The notes under the pieces: model-generated | What the model was told of the DNA's origin: nothing | Seen by the model: only the letters and a program-made list of their open reading frames with translations | The model's database searches: none | From: a virus | Virus genome (UHGV): UHGV-0200169 | Direction: 5' to 3' (one strand) | DNA length: 35,777 nucleotides | Translations under genes and position numbers: made by a program | Shown: piece after piece, positions 16,271 to 25,192 of the stretch | How positions within the stretch are numbered: the stretch's first letter is position 1 | How the letters are laid out: each line of letters starts with the position of its first letter

Positions 16271-17508
16271 AGATTTCGGTCCAGATGAACCCCTGCTTCC
16301 GGGAAGTCGACCGCAGCACAAAACGATACATCATCATGAAGGGCAGTGCTGGCTCTGGCAAGAGCGTGGACACTGCCCAGCATTATATCCTGCGGCTGAT
16401 GCAGGACCCGGGCCGGAACCTGGTGTGTATCCGCAAATCGGACATCACCAACCGTGACAGCACCTATGCGGAGCTGACCGGCGCAATCTACCGGATGTTC
16501 GGCGACCGTTACGGGCGCTACTGGAAGATCAACGCCTCGCCGCTGTCGCTAGAGTGCCTGGTCAACGGGAATCAGATCATCTTCCGGGGCGTCAATGATG
16601 AGCGCCAGCGGGAAAAGCTGAAATCCATCACCTTCAAGCGGGGGAAGCTCACCGACGTCTGGATTGAGGAAGCAACAGAAATCACCCAGCAGGATTTTGA
16701 GATCATCGACGACCGTCTTCGTGGTGCATTGCCAGAGGGGCAGTTCTACCAGATCAGATGCACCTTCAACCCGGTCAGCTCCCAGCACTGGATCAAACGA
16801 GTCTTTTTCGACATCCAAGACCCTAACGTCTTGACCCACCACAGCACCTATCTGCACAACCGCTTCATTGACGACGCCTACCGGCAGCGCATGGAGCGGC
16901 GCAAGCTGGTGGATCCAGACGGCTACCGCATCTACGGATTGGGCGAGTGGGGCGAAGTTGGCGGGCTGATTCTGACCAACTACATCATTGAGGAGTTTGA
17001 CCGGTCACCAGAGCGGTTCGATTACATGGTCAACGCCCAGGACTTCGGCTTCAATCACGCCAACTGCATCGGAGAGGTGGGGTTCCGTGACGGCGAGCTT
17101 TATCTCTGTCAGGAGCTGTATGTGTTCGGCAAGGATACAGACGAGATCATCCAGCTGGCGGAGGGACGGTTCCAGAAGCGCTTGACCATGTACTGCGACA
17201 GCGCCGAGCCGGATCGCATCCGAATGTGGCGCAAGGCCGGATACCGGGCGGTGCCGGTCAAGAAAGAGCCAGGCAGTGTTCACGCCCAGATCGACCACCT
17301 GAAGCAGCATAAAATCCACATCCATCCCAGCTGCGTGAACACCATCAAGGAAATCCAGCAGTGGAAGTGGCGCAGAGATGAGAAGAGCGGCCAGTACCTG
17401 GATGAGCCGGTGAACTTTTTTGATGACGCCATGGCCATGCTGCGGTACTCCATCGAGCAGGAGCGCCGGGGCAAGGTGAAAATAAAGACCTTCAAGGGAG
17501 GGATTTGA
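16267..17508 (+). CDS. terL: Terminase large subunit, PBSX family
   Basis: GSAGSGKS, WIEEATE, TFNP, DFGF, CDSAEP and DDAMAMLRY motifs. Confidence 0.95.
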   Translation: MKISVQMNPCFREVDRSTKRYIIMKGSAGSGKSVDTAQHYILRLMQDPGRNLVCIRKSDITNRDSTYAELTGAIYRMFGDRYGRYWKINASPLSLECLVNGNQIIFRGVNDERQREKLKSITFKRGKLTDVWIEEATEITQQDFEIIDDRLRGALPEGQFYQIRCTFNPVSSQHWIKRVFFDIQDPNVLTHHSTYLHNRFIDDAYRQRMERRKLVDPDGYRIYGLGEWGEVGGLILTNYIIEEFDRSPERFDYMVNAQDFGFNHANCIGEVGFRDGELYLCQELYVFGKDTDEIIQLAEGRFQKRLTMYCDSAEPDRIRMWRKAGYRAVPVKKEPGSVHAQIDHLKQHKIHIHPSCVNTIKEIQQWKWRRDEKSGQYLDEPVNFFDDAMAMLRYSIEQERRGKVKIKTFKGGI

Positions 17509-17509
17509 C

Positions 17510-18859
17510 ATGAGAAAGAGACGACCATACAAGCTGCCGGAACCGTTGCAGTGCGGTGCGGACAAGCCGATTACATTGACGCTGGCAGAGGAGTACATCC
17601 GTCAGCACGAGGAGCGGTTCCCACGCTACATCTACCTGGAGAACCTGTACAAGGGATTCCACGACGTATACAAGCAGCCGGAGAAGCCCGACTGGAAACC
17701 GGACAACCGGCTGGCGGTCAACTTCCCCCGGTACATCACGGACACCTTCCTGGGCTTCGGTTATGGGGTGCCCATCAAGAAAAGCCACCCGGATGACACC
17801 ATTGCCCAAGCAATCAACGATTTTGAGCGGGAGAATGAGATCACCGACCATGAATACGAGCTGGCACGGAAGTGCTGCATTTACGGCCACGCCTTTGAGT
17901 ACCTGTACCAGGACGAGGAGGCCAAGACCAAGATGACCATCTGCACGCCCATGGAGCTGTTCGTGGTTTATGACGACACGGTGAAGAATCGAGCGCTGTT
18001 TGCGGTGCGGTACGGGTACCACAGCACAGAGACCGATCAATCGGGGCAGCGCTATGGCGAGATTTTGACCAGGGAGGAGATCATCCCCTTTGAAGGCTCC
18101 ACCGCCGGGGAACCGATGGAAAACCCCTATGGGCGGCTCCCTTGTGTGGAGTGGATGCTCAATGAGGACCGCATGGGACTGTACGAAGGGGTCTCCGGCC
18201 TGGTGGAGGCGTACAACCACACCCTAGGTGAAAAGGCCAACGATGTGGACGCTTTTGCGGAAGCATATCTGGCTGTGCTGGGGGCGGAACTGGACGAGGA
18301 CGGCATCTATAAGATTCGAGACAATCGAGTCATCAACCTGTACGGCACCGATGACGCCAAGGACATCCTGGTGCAGTTCCTCCAAAAGCCCACGGCAGAC
18401 GGCACCCAGGAGAACCTGCTCAACCGCCTGGAAACGCTGATCTATCAGACATCCATGGTGGCCAACATCTCCGACGAGTCCTTTGGCAGCGCCGCATCTG
18501 GCGTTGCGCTGGCGTACAAGCTCCAGGCCATGAGCAATCTGGCGCTGACCTTCGACCGCAAGATTGAAAAGTCGCTGCGCAAGCGGTACAAGCTCTTTTG
18601 TTCTCTGTCCACCAACGTCCCCGATCGGGACGCCTGGCGGGATGTGGACATCCGCACCACCCGCAACCTGCCCAAAAACGTGGCAGAGGAGGCGCAGACC
18701 GCTGCCCAACTGGAAGGGATCGTGTCCAAGGAAACACAGCTGTCCGTCCTGTCCATCGTCCCAGACGTCAAGAAGGAGCTGGAGCGCATGGAGCAGGAGG
18801 GAGCGGAAGCGGCAGAAAGCACTGCGGATTTCCGGTTCGGGGTAGAACATGAGCAGTAA
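17510..18859 (+). CDS. Portal protein, SPP1 gp6-like
   Basis: DNRLAVNFPRYITD, SGVALAYKL, RNLP motifs and gene position. Confidence 0.93.
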   Translation: MRKRRPYKLPEPLQCGADKPITLTLAEEYIRQHEERFPRYIYLENLYKGFHDVYKQPEKPDWKPDNRLAVNFPRYITDTFLGFGYGVPIKKSHPDDTIAQAINDFERENEITDHEYELARKCCIYGHAFEYLYQDEEAKTKMTICTPMELFVVYDDTVKNRALFAVRYGYHSTETDQSGQRYGEILTREEIIPFEGSTAGEPMENPYGRLPCVEWMLNEDRMGLYEGVSGLVEAYNHTLGEKANDVDAFAEAYLAVLGAELDEDGIYKIRDNRVINLYGTDDAKDILVQFLQKPTADGTQENLLNRLETLIYQTSMVANISDESFGSAASGVALAYKLQAMSNLALTFDRKIEKSLRKRYKLFCSLSTNVPDRDAWRDVDIRTTRNLPKNVAEEAQTAAQLEGIVSKETQLSVLSIVPDVKKELERMEQEGAEAAESTADFRFGVEHEQ

Positions 18860-20273
18860 GACCTACTGGGAGAAGCGGGAGGCGGAAGCCCTGAAGCACT
18901 ATCTCCAGGAGGAGCAGGAGTACCAGGCGCAGCTGCGGGCGATCTATCAGAATATGCTGGACGCCGCCCAGAAGGAGATTGACGCCTTCTATGGCCGCTA
19001 CGCGGACAAGGAGCAGATCACCCTGGCCGAGGCAAAGCGGCGGGTGTCCAAGCTGGACATTGCGGCCTACCAGCGCAAGGCCAAACGTTATGTGGCGGAC
19101 AAGGACTTCTCCAAGCAGGCCAACGAGGAAATGCGGCTGTATAACCTGACCATGAAGGTCAATCGGCTGGAAATGTTAAAGGCCAACATCGGCCTAGAAT
19201 TGGTCGCTGGCCACGACGAGCAGGAAAAGCTCATGTCCAAAATCCTGCGAGGGCGCACCGAGGAAGAGTTGCAGCGGCAGGCGGGCATCCTGGGCAAGAC
19301 CGTCCGGAACAACGCCAAGCTGGCGGAGACCATCCCCAATGCGTCCTTCCATGGTGCCACTTTTTCCGAGCGCATCTGGGGCAACCAAGCGCAGCTGAAA
19401 GCGGATTTGTCCAAGCTGTTACAGCAAGGGTTGATCCAGGGCAAAAACCCCCGCGCACTATCGAAGGATTTGCGCAAATATTACATCGGGGATGGCAAGG
19501 ACGGCGGAGCGGCGTACGCTGCCGAACGGCTCATGCGGACGGAGCTGGCCAGAGTGCAGACGGAAGCACAGAAGCAGTCCTTCCTGGCCAACGGCTTCGA
19601 GGAATATACCTTCCATGTAAACCGCAGCTGTTGTTCCGCCTGCGCCGACCTGGACGGCAAACACTTCAAGATCAAGGACATGATGCCGGGCAAAAACGCC
19701 CCGCCCATGCACCCGAATTGCCGGTGCTCCGTCAGCGCCTATGAGGATGACACAGAATACGAAGCCTGGCTGGACTTTTGGGACAAGGGCGGCACCACGG
19801 AGGAGTGGGAGCGACGGCTCCAAATCAATCAACCCGGAAGCCCTCAATCTTATAGGCGTTCCTTAAAACAAATTGCGGAGGGGAAAGCCGGCCTTAGCAA
19901 GCGACGGAAAAACATTCTTGCGCGCATTCAAAATACAGGCGAGTACCATAGATATAAGCGGGAAGAAATTTCAACTAGAGATCTTGCATATTTGTCTGCG
20001 GCGACCGGTCACGAATTTGCATTGTTCAGGAGCAAGAGAGAAGATATCCTTATCAGAGGCAATAGTAGAGCGTGCGACATAGCGGGTGAGCTTGGAGAAG
20101 AAATACTTAATAAACATTACAAATGGGTGGCGCATAGTCATGTGGATGGCGGCTTTTTAACTGCGTCGCTGGCGGACAGAGAAACGTTGCGAAAACTCGG
20201 ACAAAAATCAAGCATTATCGTAGGTATAAATGGCGAGGAAAGGGAATTTTTCCAGTCTGAATTTGATTATTGA
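18849..20273 (+). CDS. MuF/SPP1 gp7-like minor head protein with C-terminal JAB/JAMM-like extension
   Basis: AERLMRTE, CSAC and PPMHPNCRC (MuF). C-terminus has GHEFA...HSH-x8-S-x2-D in AT-richer DNA. Confidence 0.9.
   Translation: MSSKTYWEKREAEALKHYLQEEQEYQAQLRAIYQNMLDAAQKEIDAFYGRYADKEQITLAEAKRRVSKLDIAAYQRKAKRYVADKDFSKQANEEMRLYNLTMKVNRLEMLKANIGLELVAGHDEQEKLMSKILRGRTEEELQRQAGILGKTVRNNAKLAETIPNASFHGATFSERIWGNQAQLKADLSKLLQQGLIQGKNPRALSKDLRKYYIGDGKDGGAAYAAERLMRTELARVQTEAQKQSFLANGFEEYTFHVNRSCCSACADLDGKHFKIKDMMPGKNAPPMHPNCRCSVSAYEDDTEYEAWLDFWDKGGTTEEWERRLQINQPGSPQSYRRSLKQIAEGKAGLSKRRKNILARIQNTGEYHRYKREEISTRDLAYLSAATGHEFALFRSKREDILIRGNSRACDIAGELGEEILNKHYKWVAHSHVDGGFLTASLADRETLRKLGQKSSIIVGINGEEREFFQSEFDY
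19749..19811 (+). repeat. 63-bp repeat, copy B (MuF hinge, immediately before the variable C-terminal domain)
   Basis: Inverted match to 1488-1550. Confidence 0.95.
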
Positions 20274-20298
20274 TTTTTCTAGAAAATTGGCGTAAAAT
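20270..20298 (+). promoter_or_regulatory. Putative internal promoter for the gene after muF
   Basis: TTGATT-17-TAAAAT. Confidence 0.55.
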
Positions 20299-20315
20299 TT
20301 AGGGGGGTGACAGTG

Positions 20316-20585
20316 ATGGACAAAAGAAGTATGATGAAATACGCGCTTGCGGAAAGCATAAAAATGATGGGAGAAAAGCTGTATAGTAAGTACAATGATT
20401 CTTGTTGTTGTTCTTGCGGATTTCGCGAGGATGGGCAGTTTGTTTATTCATTATGTATGCACACAAAACCGTTTGTTTACAAAATGGGAGATGAAACGCC
20501 TTATGAATATGTCGCGACTGTTGTTGTTGATCCGAACACCGGAAATGTTACTCGAGACTATGAAAACAGTAGGCTGCCGCAGTGA
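20316..20585 (+). CDS. Putative immunity protein for the MuF C-terminal domain
   Basis: Small AT-rich ORF directly after muF, with its own promoter and terminator. Start is 20307, 20313 or 20316. Confidence 0.6.
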   Translation: MDKRSMMKYALAESIKMMGEKLYSKYNDSCCCSCGFREDGQFVYSLCMHTKPFVYKMGDETPYEYVATVVVDPNTGNVTRDYENSRLPQ

Positions 20586-20616
20586 AAAGCATCGTGCAAA
20601 TGTCACGGTGCTTTTT
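20585..20616 (+). terminator. Intrinsic terminator (bidirectional-looking)
   Basis: aaaagcatcgtg-caaatgt-cacggtgcttttt. Confidence 0.75.
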
Positions 20617-20642
20617 CACACCCATTTTCAGGAGGAAAGGCC

Positions 20643-21005
20643 ATGATTCACATCGTCATTTGCCCGGATATCATCTGCATCACCGGTCACGCTGGCGCAG
20701 GACCGCCCGGCCATGACCTGGTCTGTGCGGCGGTGTCCACGCTGGTGCAGACCTTTGTCCAGTCGGCGGAGCAGCTGACGGACACACAATTACACAGCGA
20801 CATTGCGCCCGGCGGGGCGTTTGTCAGATATGAGGGATCGCCGCAGGTGCAGCTGCTGGCCGATTCCTTTTTTGTTGGCGTGCAGGGGGTGGCGGAGGCT
20901 TATCCCCAGTGCGTACAAGTCTTAGATCGCCGGGAACGGCGCGCCGAAGCCCTGACGGCGGAAAAACAGGGGGAAGACCCAGCGAAGAATGGTCAAAAAC
21001 TTTGA
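20643..21005 (+). CDS. prp: Prp-family (ribosomal-processing) cysteine protease
   Basis: ITGHAG...DLVCAAVSTL catalytic His/Cys motif. C-terminal YPQCV. Confidence 0.9.
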   Translation: MIHIVICPDIICITGHAGAGPPGHDLVCAAVSTLVQTFVQSAEQLTDTQLHSDIAPGGAFVRYEGSPQVQLLADSFFVGVQGVAEAYPQCVQVLDRRERRAEALTAEKQGEDPAKNGQKL

Positions 21006-21018
21006 GGAGGTAGAAGCA

Positions 21019-21588
21019 ATGGAAAAAGTTCGGTTTGACCTGCAGTTGTTTGCGGAAGAAGCGCCTGCCCAGGCACAGCCGGAGGGCGCTGAACCGCCCG
21101 AAGGCCAGGAGCCTGCCCAGGAGCAGGGCGCAGGCGATAAGAAATACACCGACAAGGATGTTGATGCTATCATCAACAAGAAATTCGCCAAGTGGAAAGC
21201 GGAACAGGAAGCGGCGGTGAAAAACGCCCAGGAGGAGTCTGCCAAGCTGGCGAAGATGAATGCAGACCAGAAGCACCAGTATGAGATGGAGAAGCTCCAA
21301 AAGGAGAACGCAGAGCTGAAGCGTTCCGCCCTGCGGATGGAGCTGGGTAAGACGGCCACCGGCCTGCTGAAGGAGCACAACGTGGACGCCACCCAGGACA
21401 TCCTGGACTTCGTGGTAGGGGAGGACGCCGAGGACACCAAGGAGCGGATCGACCGCTTTGTGTCCATCGTCCAGGCGCAGCTGAAGCGCGCCGAAGTGGA
21501 ACGGGCGACCGGCAGAACCCCCAAGACCGTACACAACAACGGCAATGCCATGTCCGAGATCGACAAGCGCATTGCGAAATATCAGTAA
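21019..21588 (+). CDS. Capsid scaffolding protein (DUF4355-like)
   Basis: MEKVRFDLQLFA start, KYTDKDVDAII, coiled coil, GRTP. Confidence 0.9.
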   Translation: MEKVRFDLQLFAEEAPAQAQPEGAEPPEGQEPAQEQGAGDKKYTDKDVDAIINKKFAKWKAEQEAAVKNAQEESAKLAKMNADQKHQYEMEKLQKENAELKRSALRMELGKTATGLLKEHNVDATQDILDFVVGEDAEDTKERIDRFVSIVQAQLKRAEVERATGRTPKTVHNNGNAMSEIDKRIAKYQ

Positions 21589-21600
21589 AGGAGTAGACAT

Positions 21601-22800
21601 ATGAGACCCAAATTTGACCTCCAGCTGTTCGCGGCTGGCGACAACAACGACCTGCCCGCCCGCAGCTATCAGCTGGAATTTAAGCGCCTGCTGCAGGCGG
21701 TATTCAAGAAGCAGAGCTATTTTGCCGACTTCTTCGGCGGCAGCATCGAAGCAATGGACGGCATCCAGGAGAACGAGACCGCCTTCTATGTGAAGACCTC
21801 TGACATCCCCTGTGTCTGCGGCACCGGCTATGATAAGACTGCCACCAAGGCGTTCGGCACTGGCACCGGCAATTCCAGCCGCTTCGGCAGCCGCACCGAG
21901 ATCATCTACACCAACACCCCTGCAAAATACACCTGGGGCTGGAACTTCCATGAGGGCATCGACCGGCACACGGTGAACAACGACTTCGCGGCCGCCATCG
22001 CAGACCGGCTGGAGCTGCAGGCCAGAGCGAAGACCAAGGCATTTAACGACGCTCACGGCAAGTTCATCTCCCAGAATGCCGGTCACAGCGAGACGCTGCT
22101 GGACTACACCGATGACAATGTGCTGGCGCTCTTCAACGCCCTGAGCAAGTATTACAACAACATCGAGGCCGTGGGCACCAAGCGGGCAAAGGTGTGTGCA
22201 GACCTGTATAACGCTATCGTGGACCACAGACTGACCACCACCTCCAAGGGTTCCGTAGCCAACATCGACGAGAACGGTGTGGTGAAGTTCAAGGGCTTCC
22301 TTATCGAGGAAGTGCCGGACGACCTGCTCCAGACCGGAGAGGTGGCCTACGTCTACATCGACGGCGTGGGCAAAGCGTTCACCGGCATCAACACCGCCCG
22401 CACCATTGAATCCGAAGACTTTGACGGTGTGGCGCTCCAGGGTGCAGGCAAGGCCGGTGAGTTCATCCTGCCGGACAACAAGAAGGCAGTTTGCAAGGTG
22501 CTGCTGGACAGCGAATACGGCCTGGACAACCTGACCGTCACCAGTGCCGCCAGCTCCACCACCTCCGGCAAGACCAAGCTCACCGTCTCCCCGGCGCTGA
22601 CCTCCGGCAACAGCTACAAGTACAAGGTGGCGGACAATGCCGTCCTGCCTGCCGCGGGCCAGAGCGTCAAGGGCTGGACTGCCTGGAATGGCGCCGATGA
22701 GATCACCGCCGCCACCGGCAAGGAGATTTGCGTGGTCGAGTGCGACAGCGCCTATCGTGCCATCAAGGCTGGCGTGGCCACCGTGACCGCCAAGGCGTAA
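21601..22800 (+). CDS. Major capsid protein with C-terminal Ig-like extension
   Basis: MRPKFDLQLFA start, HEGIDRHTVN, ALQGAGKAG. Ser/Thr-rich beta-type C-terminal ~90 aa. Confidence 0.9.
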   Translation: MRPKFDLQLFAAGDNNDLPARSYQLEFKRLLQAVFKKQSYFADFFGGSIEAMDGIQENETAFYVKTSDIPCVCGTGYDKTATKAFGTGTGNSSRFGSRTEIIYTNTPAKYTWGWNFHEGIDRHTVNNDFAAAIADRLELQARAKTKAFNDAHGKFISQNAGHSETLLDYTDDNVLALFNALSKYYNNIEAVGTKRAKVCADLYNAIVDHRLTTTSKGSVANIDENGVVKFKGFLIEEVPDDLLQTGEVAYVYIDGVGKAFTGINTARTIESEDFDGVALQGAGKAGEFILPDNKKAVCKVLLDSEYGLDNLTVTSAASSTTSGKTKLTVSPALTSGNSYKYKVADNAVLPAAGQSVKGWTAWNGADEITAATGKEICVVECDSAYRAIKAGVATVTAKA

Positions 22801-22813
22801 GAGGAGCCGGACG

Positions 22814-23149
22814 ATGCCTGAGAGCGCACTGACGACCCTAAAAACCCTCCTGGGCATCCCAGACGACAGTCGGGACGCGCTGCTGACCACCATTGTCAGC
22901 GCCGTCCAGGCGCGTCTGCTCCTGCTGCTGGGCGGTGTAGATCAGGTACCGGAGAGCTTGGCCTACATCGTGCCGGAGGTGGCGGTCATCCGCTATAACC
23001 GCATCGGCTCCGAGGGGATGAGCTCCCACTCCGTGGAGGGGGAGACCGTCGCCTATGCCGACAACGATTTCGCCGGTTACATGAGCGAGATCGAAGCCTA
23101 CCTGGACGAGCAGCAGACCACAAAACGGGGGAGGGTGCGATTCCTGTGA
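22814..23149 (+). CDS. Head-tail connector protein
   Basis: RYNRIGSEGMSSHSVEG motif. Confidence 0.88.
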   Translation: MPESALTTLKTLLGIPDDSRDALLTTIVSAVQARLLLLLGGVDQVPESLAYIVPEVAVIRYNRIGSEGMSSHSVEGETVAYADNDFAGYMSEIEAYLDEQQTTKRGRVRFL

Positions 23150-23448
23150 GGTATGACACGCCAATCTATTTTCAGAGGGTTGCCGCTGGCGCATACGACC
23201 CGGAAACCGGGGACTACGGCAGCGATACCGTTACAGAGGTTCCACGGTACGCCGCTGTGATGGACACCCGCACGGAGACCATGCAGCTGGTGTACGGCGA
23301 GCTCAAGCAGGGCAGCCTGACCGTGCATATCCAGAACCACTATACAGACCCCTTTGACCGCATCCGCATCGGAGAGAAGCACTATCGGGTGGATCTCCGC
23401 CGCCGGCTGCGGGTGAAGGAGTCTTTCGTTTTGTCGGAGGTGCTATGA
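23146..23448 (+). CDS. Head closure/stopper protein
   Basis: MRYD...YDPETGDY, gene position. Confidence 0.75.
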   Translation: MRYDTPIYFQRVAAGAYDPETGDYGSDTVTEVPRYAAVMDTRTETMQLVYGELKQGSLTVHIQNHYTDPFDRIRIGEKHYRVDLRRRLRVKESFVLSEVL

Positions 23449-23795
23449 TGGGCGGCGTGAAAATTGTTGGGCTGGAGAAGCTCCAGAAGAAATTGAAGAA
23501 GAATGCTCGGATGGAGGACGTGAAACGGGTCATCCGGCACAACGGCAGCCAGTTGCAAGCGGGGATCCAGTCCAATGCTGACTTCTCCAAGGGCTACCAG
23601 ACCGGCGCTACCAAGCGTAGTGTCGGCCTGGACATGAAGGACAACGGCCTGACAGCGGAGTCTGGTCCCACCACCGAGTATGCGGAATATTTGGAGTATG
23701 GTACTCGCTTTATGGAGGCGCAGCCCTTCATCAAACCTGCCTTTGACAAGCAAGCAGAGAAATTCAAGCGCGACATGAAGAAACTGACAGAGTGA
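23448..23795 (+). CDS. HK97 gp10-like neck protein
   Basis: TGATKRS, YAEYLEYGTRFMEAQPFIKPA. Confidence 0.9.
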   Translation: MGGVKIVGLEKLQKKLKKNARMEDVKRVIRHNGSQLQAGIQSNADFSKGYQTGATKRSVGLDMKDNGLTAESGPTTEYAEYLEYGTRFMEAQPFIKPAFDKQAEKFKRDMKKLTE

Positions 23796-23806
23796 GGTGA
23801 AGCCGT

Positions 23807-24196
23807 ATGGATCCACAGCAGGAGCTGTTCACAGCGCTGCTCCTGGCGCTGCGCAAACAGGGATATGACGTGTACGATGGGGCATTGCCGCCGGAGGGTA
23901 CGCCCTATCCCTTCATCTATTTGGGGGACAGCCGCCAAACGGATGAGCCCAACAAGTCCCTTCTGTTTGGCGTGGTCTATCAGACCATCCACGTCTGGCA
24001 TGACAACCCCAGACAACGGGGGACGGTGTCCGCTATGCTGGGTGCAATCAAGACCACCTGCCGGACGCTGGGGACGACGGCGCACTTTGCGTGGTTTGTG
24101 CGGGAGGTAGACCAGCACATCCTGCCAGACAATACGACCAAGACGCCGCTCCTGCACGGAGTGCTGGACGTGGCCATTCAATTTAGTACGAGGTGA
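23807..24196 (+). CDS. Tail terminator/completion protein
   Basis: VYDGALP...YPFIYLG...LLHGVL. Confidence 0.8.
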   Translation: MDPQQELFTALLLALRKQGYDVYDGALPPEGTPYPFIYLGDSRQTDEPNKSLLFGVVYQTIHVWHDNPRQRGTVSAMLGAIKTTCRTLGTTAHFAWFVREVDQHILPDNTTKTPLLHGVLDVAIQFSTR

Positions 24197-24200
24197 TTTT

Positions 24201-24740
24201 ATGGAAAAGAAGAAATTTGATTTGCAGCTGTTCGCTGCTGCCGTGCCCGGCAAGCGGATCGTGTACCTGTTCCGCCGTCTGTCCAAGCAGGCGGAGGAAG
24301 GAGCCTGGAACCTGGCCTTTGTGACCGAGAACGGTCGCACCCTGTCCGTGGACGCCGACTCCACCGCCACCAAGGACGGTTCCATCCGCACCCCCGGCGT
24401 GCCTGAGCAGGAGGTCACTGTGACCTGTGTGCTGAGCAAGGGGGATACCAGAGTGGATGAGACGGAGGACGCCATTCTGGACGGCGAGAAGTTCGAGATT
24501 TGGGAAGCCAACCTGGAGGAAGCTGTCACCGGCAGCGGCAACGAAAACAAGTTCAAGGGTATCTACTTTCAGGGCTACGGCACCGAGTTCGAGAAGAACT
24601 CCAATGCGGAGGACATGACCGAGATCAGCCTGACCTTCGGCCTGGAGGGCAAGGGCGCCCGGGGTAACGTGACCGTGACTGCAAATCAGCAGCAGCAGGC
24701 GGCCTACGTCTTCACCGACACGCCCAAAGCAACCGGCTGA
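24201..24740 (+). CDS. Major tail protein, TP901-1 family
   Basis: GKRIVYLFR, TATKDG, YFQGY. N-terminal FDLQLFA tag. Confidence 0.9.
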   Translation: MEKKKFDLQLFAAAVPGKRIVYLFRRLSKQAEEGAWNLAFVTENGRTLSVDADSTATKDGSIRTPGVPEQEVTVTCVLSKGDTRVDETEDAILDGEKFEIWEANLEEAVTGSGNENKFKGIYFQGYGTEFEKNSNAEDMTEISLTFGLEGKGARGNVTVTANQQQQAAYVFTDTPKATG

Positions 24741-24761
24741 ACAGCACAAATAGACCGAGTA

Positions 24762-24784
24762 GAGCCGCCCAGGCCGGGCGGCTC
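24762..24784 (+). other. GC-rich hairpin after the major tail gene (mRNA stabiliser or attenuator)
   Basis: gagccgccc-aggcc-gggcggctc. Confidence 0.55.
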
Positions 24785-24805
24785 GTATGTTAAGGAGGCA
24801 ATATC

Positions 24806-25192
24806 ATGTTTGAACTGACCATCAACGATACAGTATACCCCTTCCGCTTTGGCATGGGCTTCCTGCGGGAGATCAACAAGCGGGTGGAGATGACCTATGA
24901 CGAGGACACCGGCGCAAAGCGCAACATCGGCCTGTACTACACCATCATCGACCTGATGGACGGCGTCCTGGAGACCCTGGAGGATGTGCTGCTGGCGGCC
25001 AACCAGAGCGAGCACCCCCGCTTGCAGCGGACAGCGCTGGACGCTTACTTGGAGGACGAGAACACGGACGTAGACCAGCTGTTTGCGGATGTGCTGGATT
25101 TTTTCGAGAGAGCGAACTGTACCAAGAACACCCTGACAAAAGTGCGGGAGTTCGTGGAGAAGCGGCAGGCGGAACAGGCGGCACAGAACTGA
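24806..25192 (+). CDS. Tail assembly chaperone (gpG-like)
   Basis: LTIND...FGMGFLREINK, position between the tail tube and tape measure genes. Confidence 0.88.
   Translation: MFELTINDTVYPFRFGMGFLREINKRVEMTYDEDTGAKRNIGLYYTIIDLMDGVLETLEDVLLAANQSEHPRLQRTALDAYLEDENTDVDQLFADVLDFFERANCTKNTLTKVREFVEKRQAEQAAQN
25099..25105 (+). other. Programmed -1 frameshift site T TTT TTC
   Basis: The -1 frame is open from 25102 and continuous with ORF 25204-25545. Confidence 0.85.

Noticed and set aside
1551..19748. Programmed invertible segment (shufflon) between the 63-bp inverted repeats
   Set aside because: No dedicated invertase is present and the repeats are imperfect with synonymous drift. Inversion would cut terS-terL-portal-muF off from the rest of the late operon. 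Kept only as a minor alternative in the finding.
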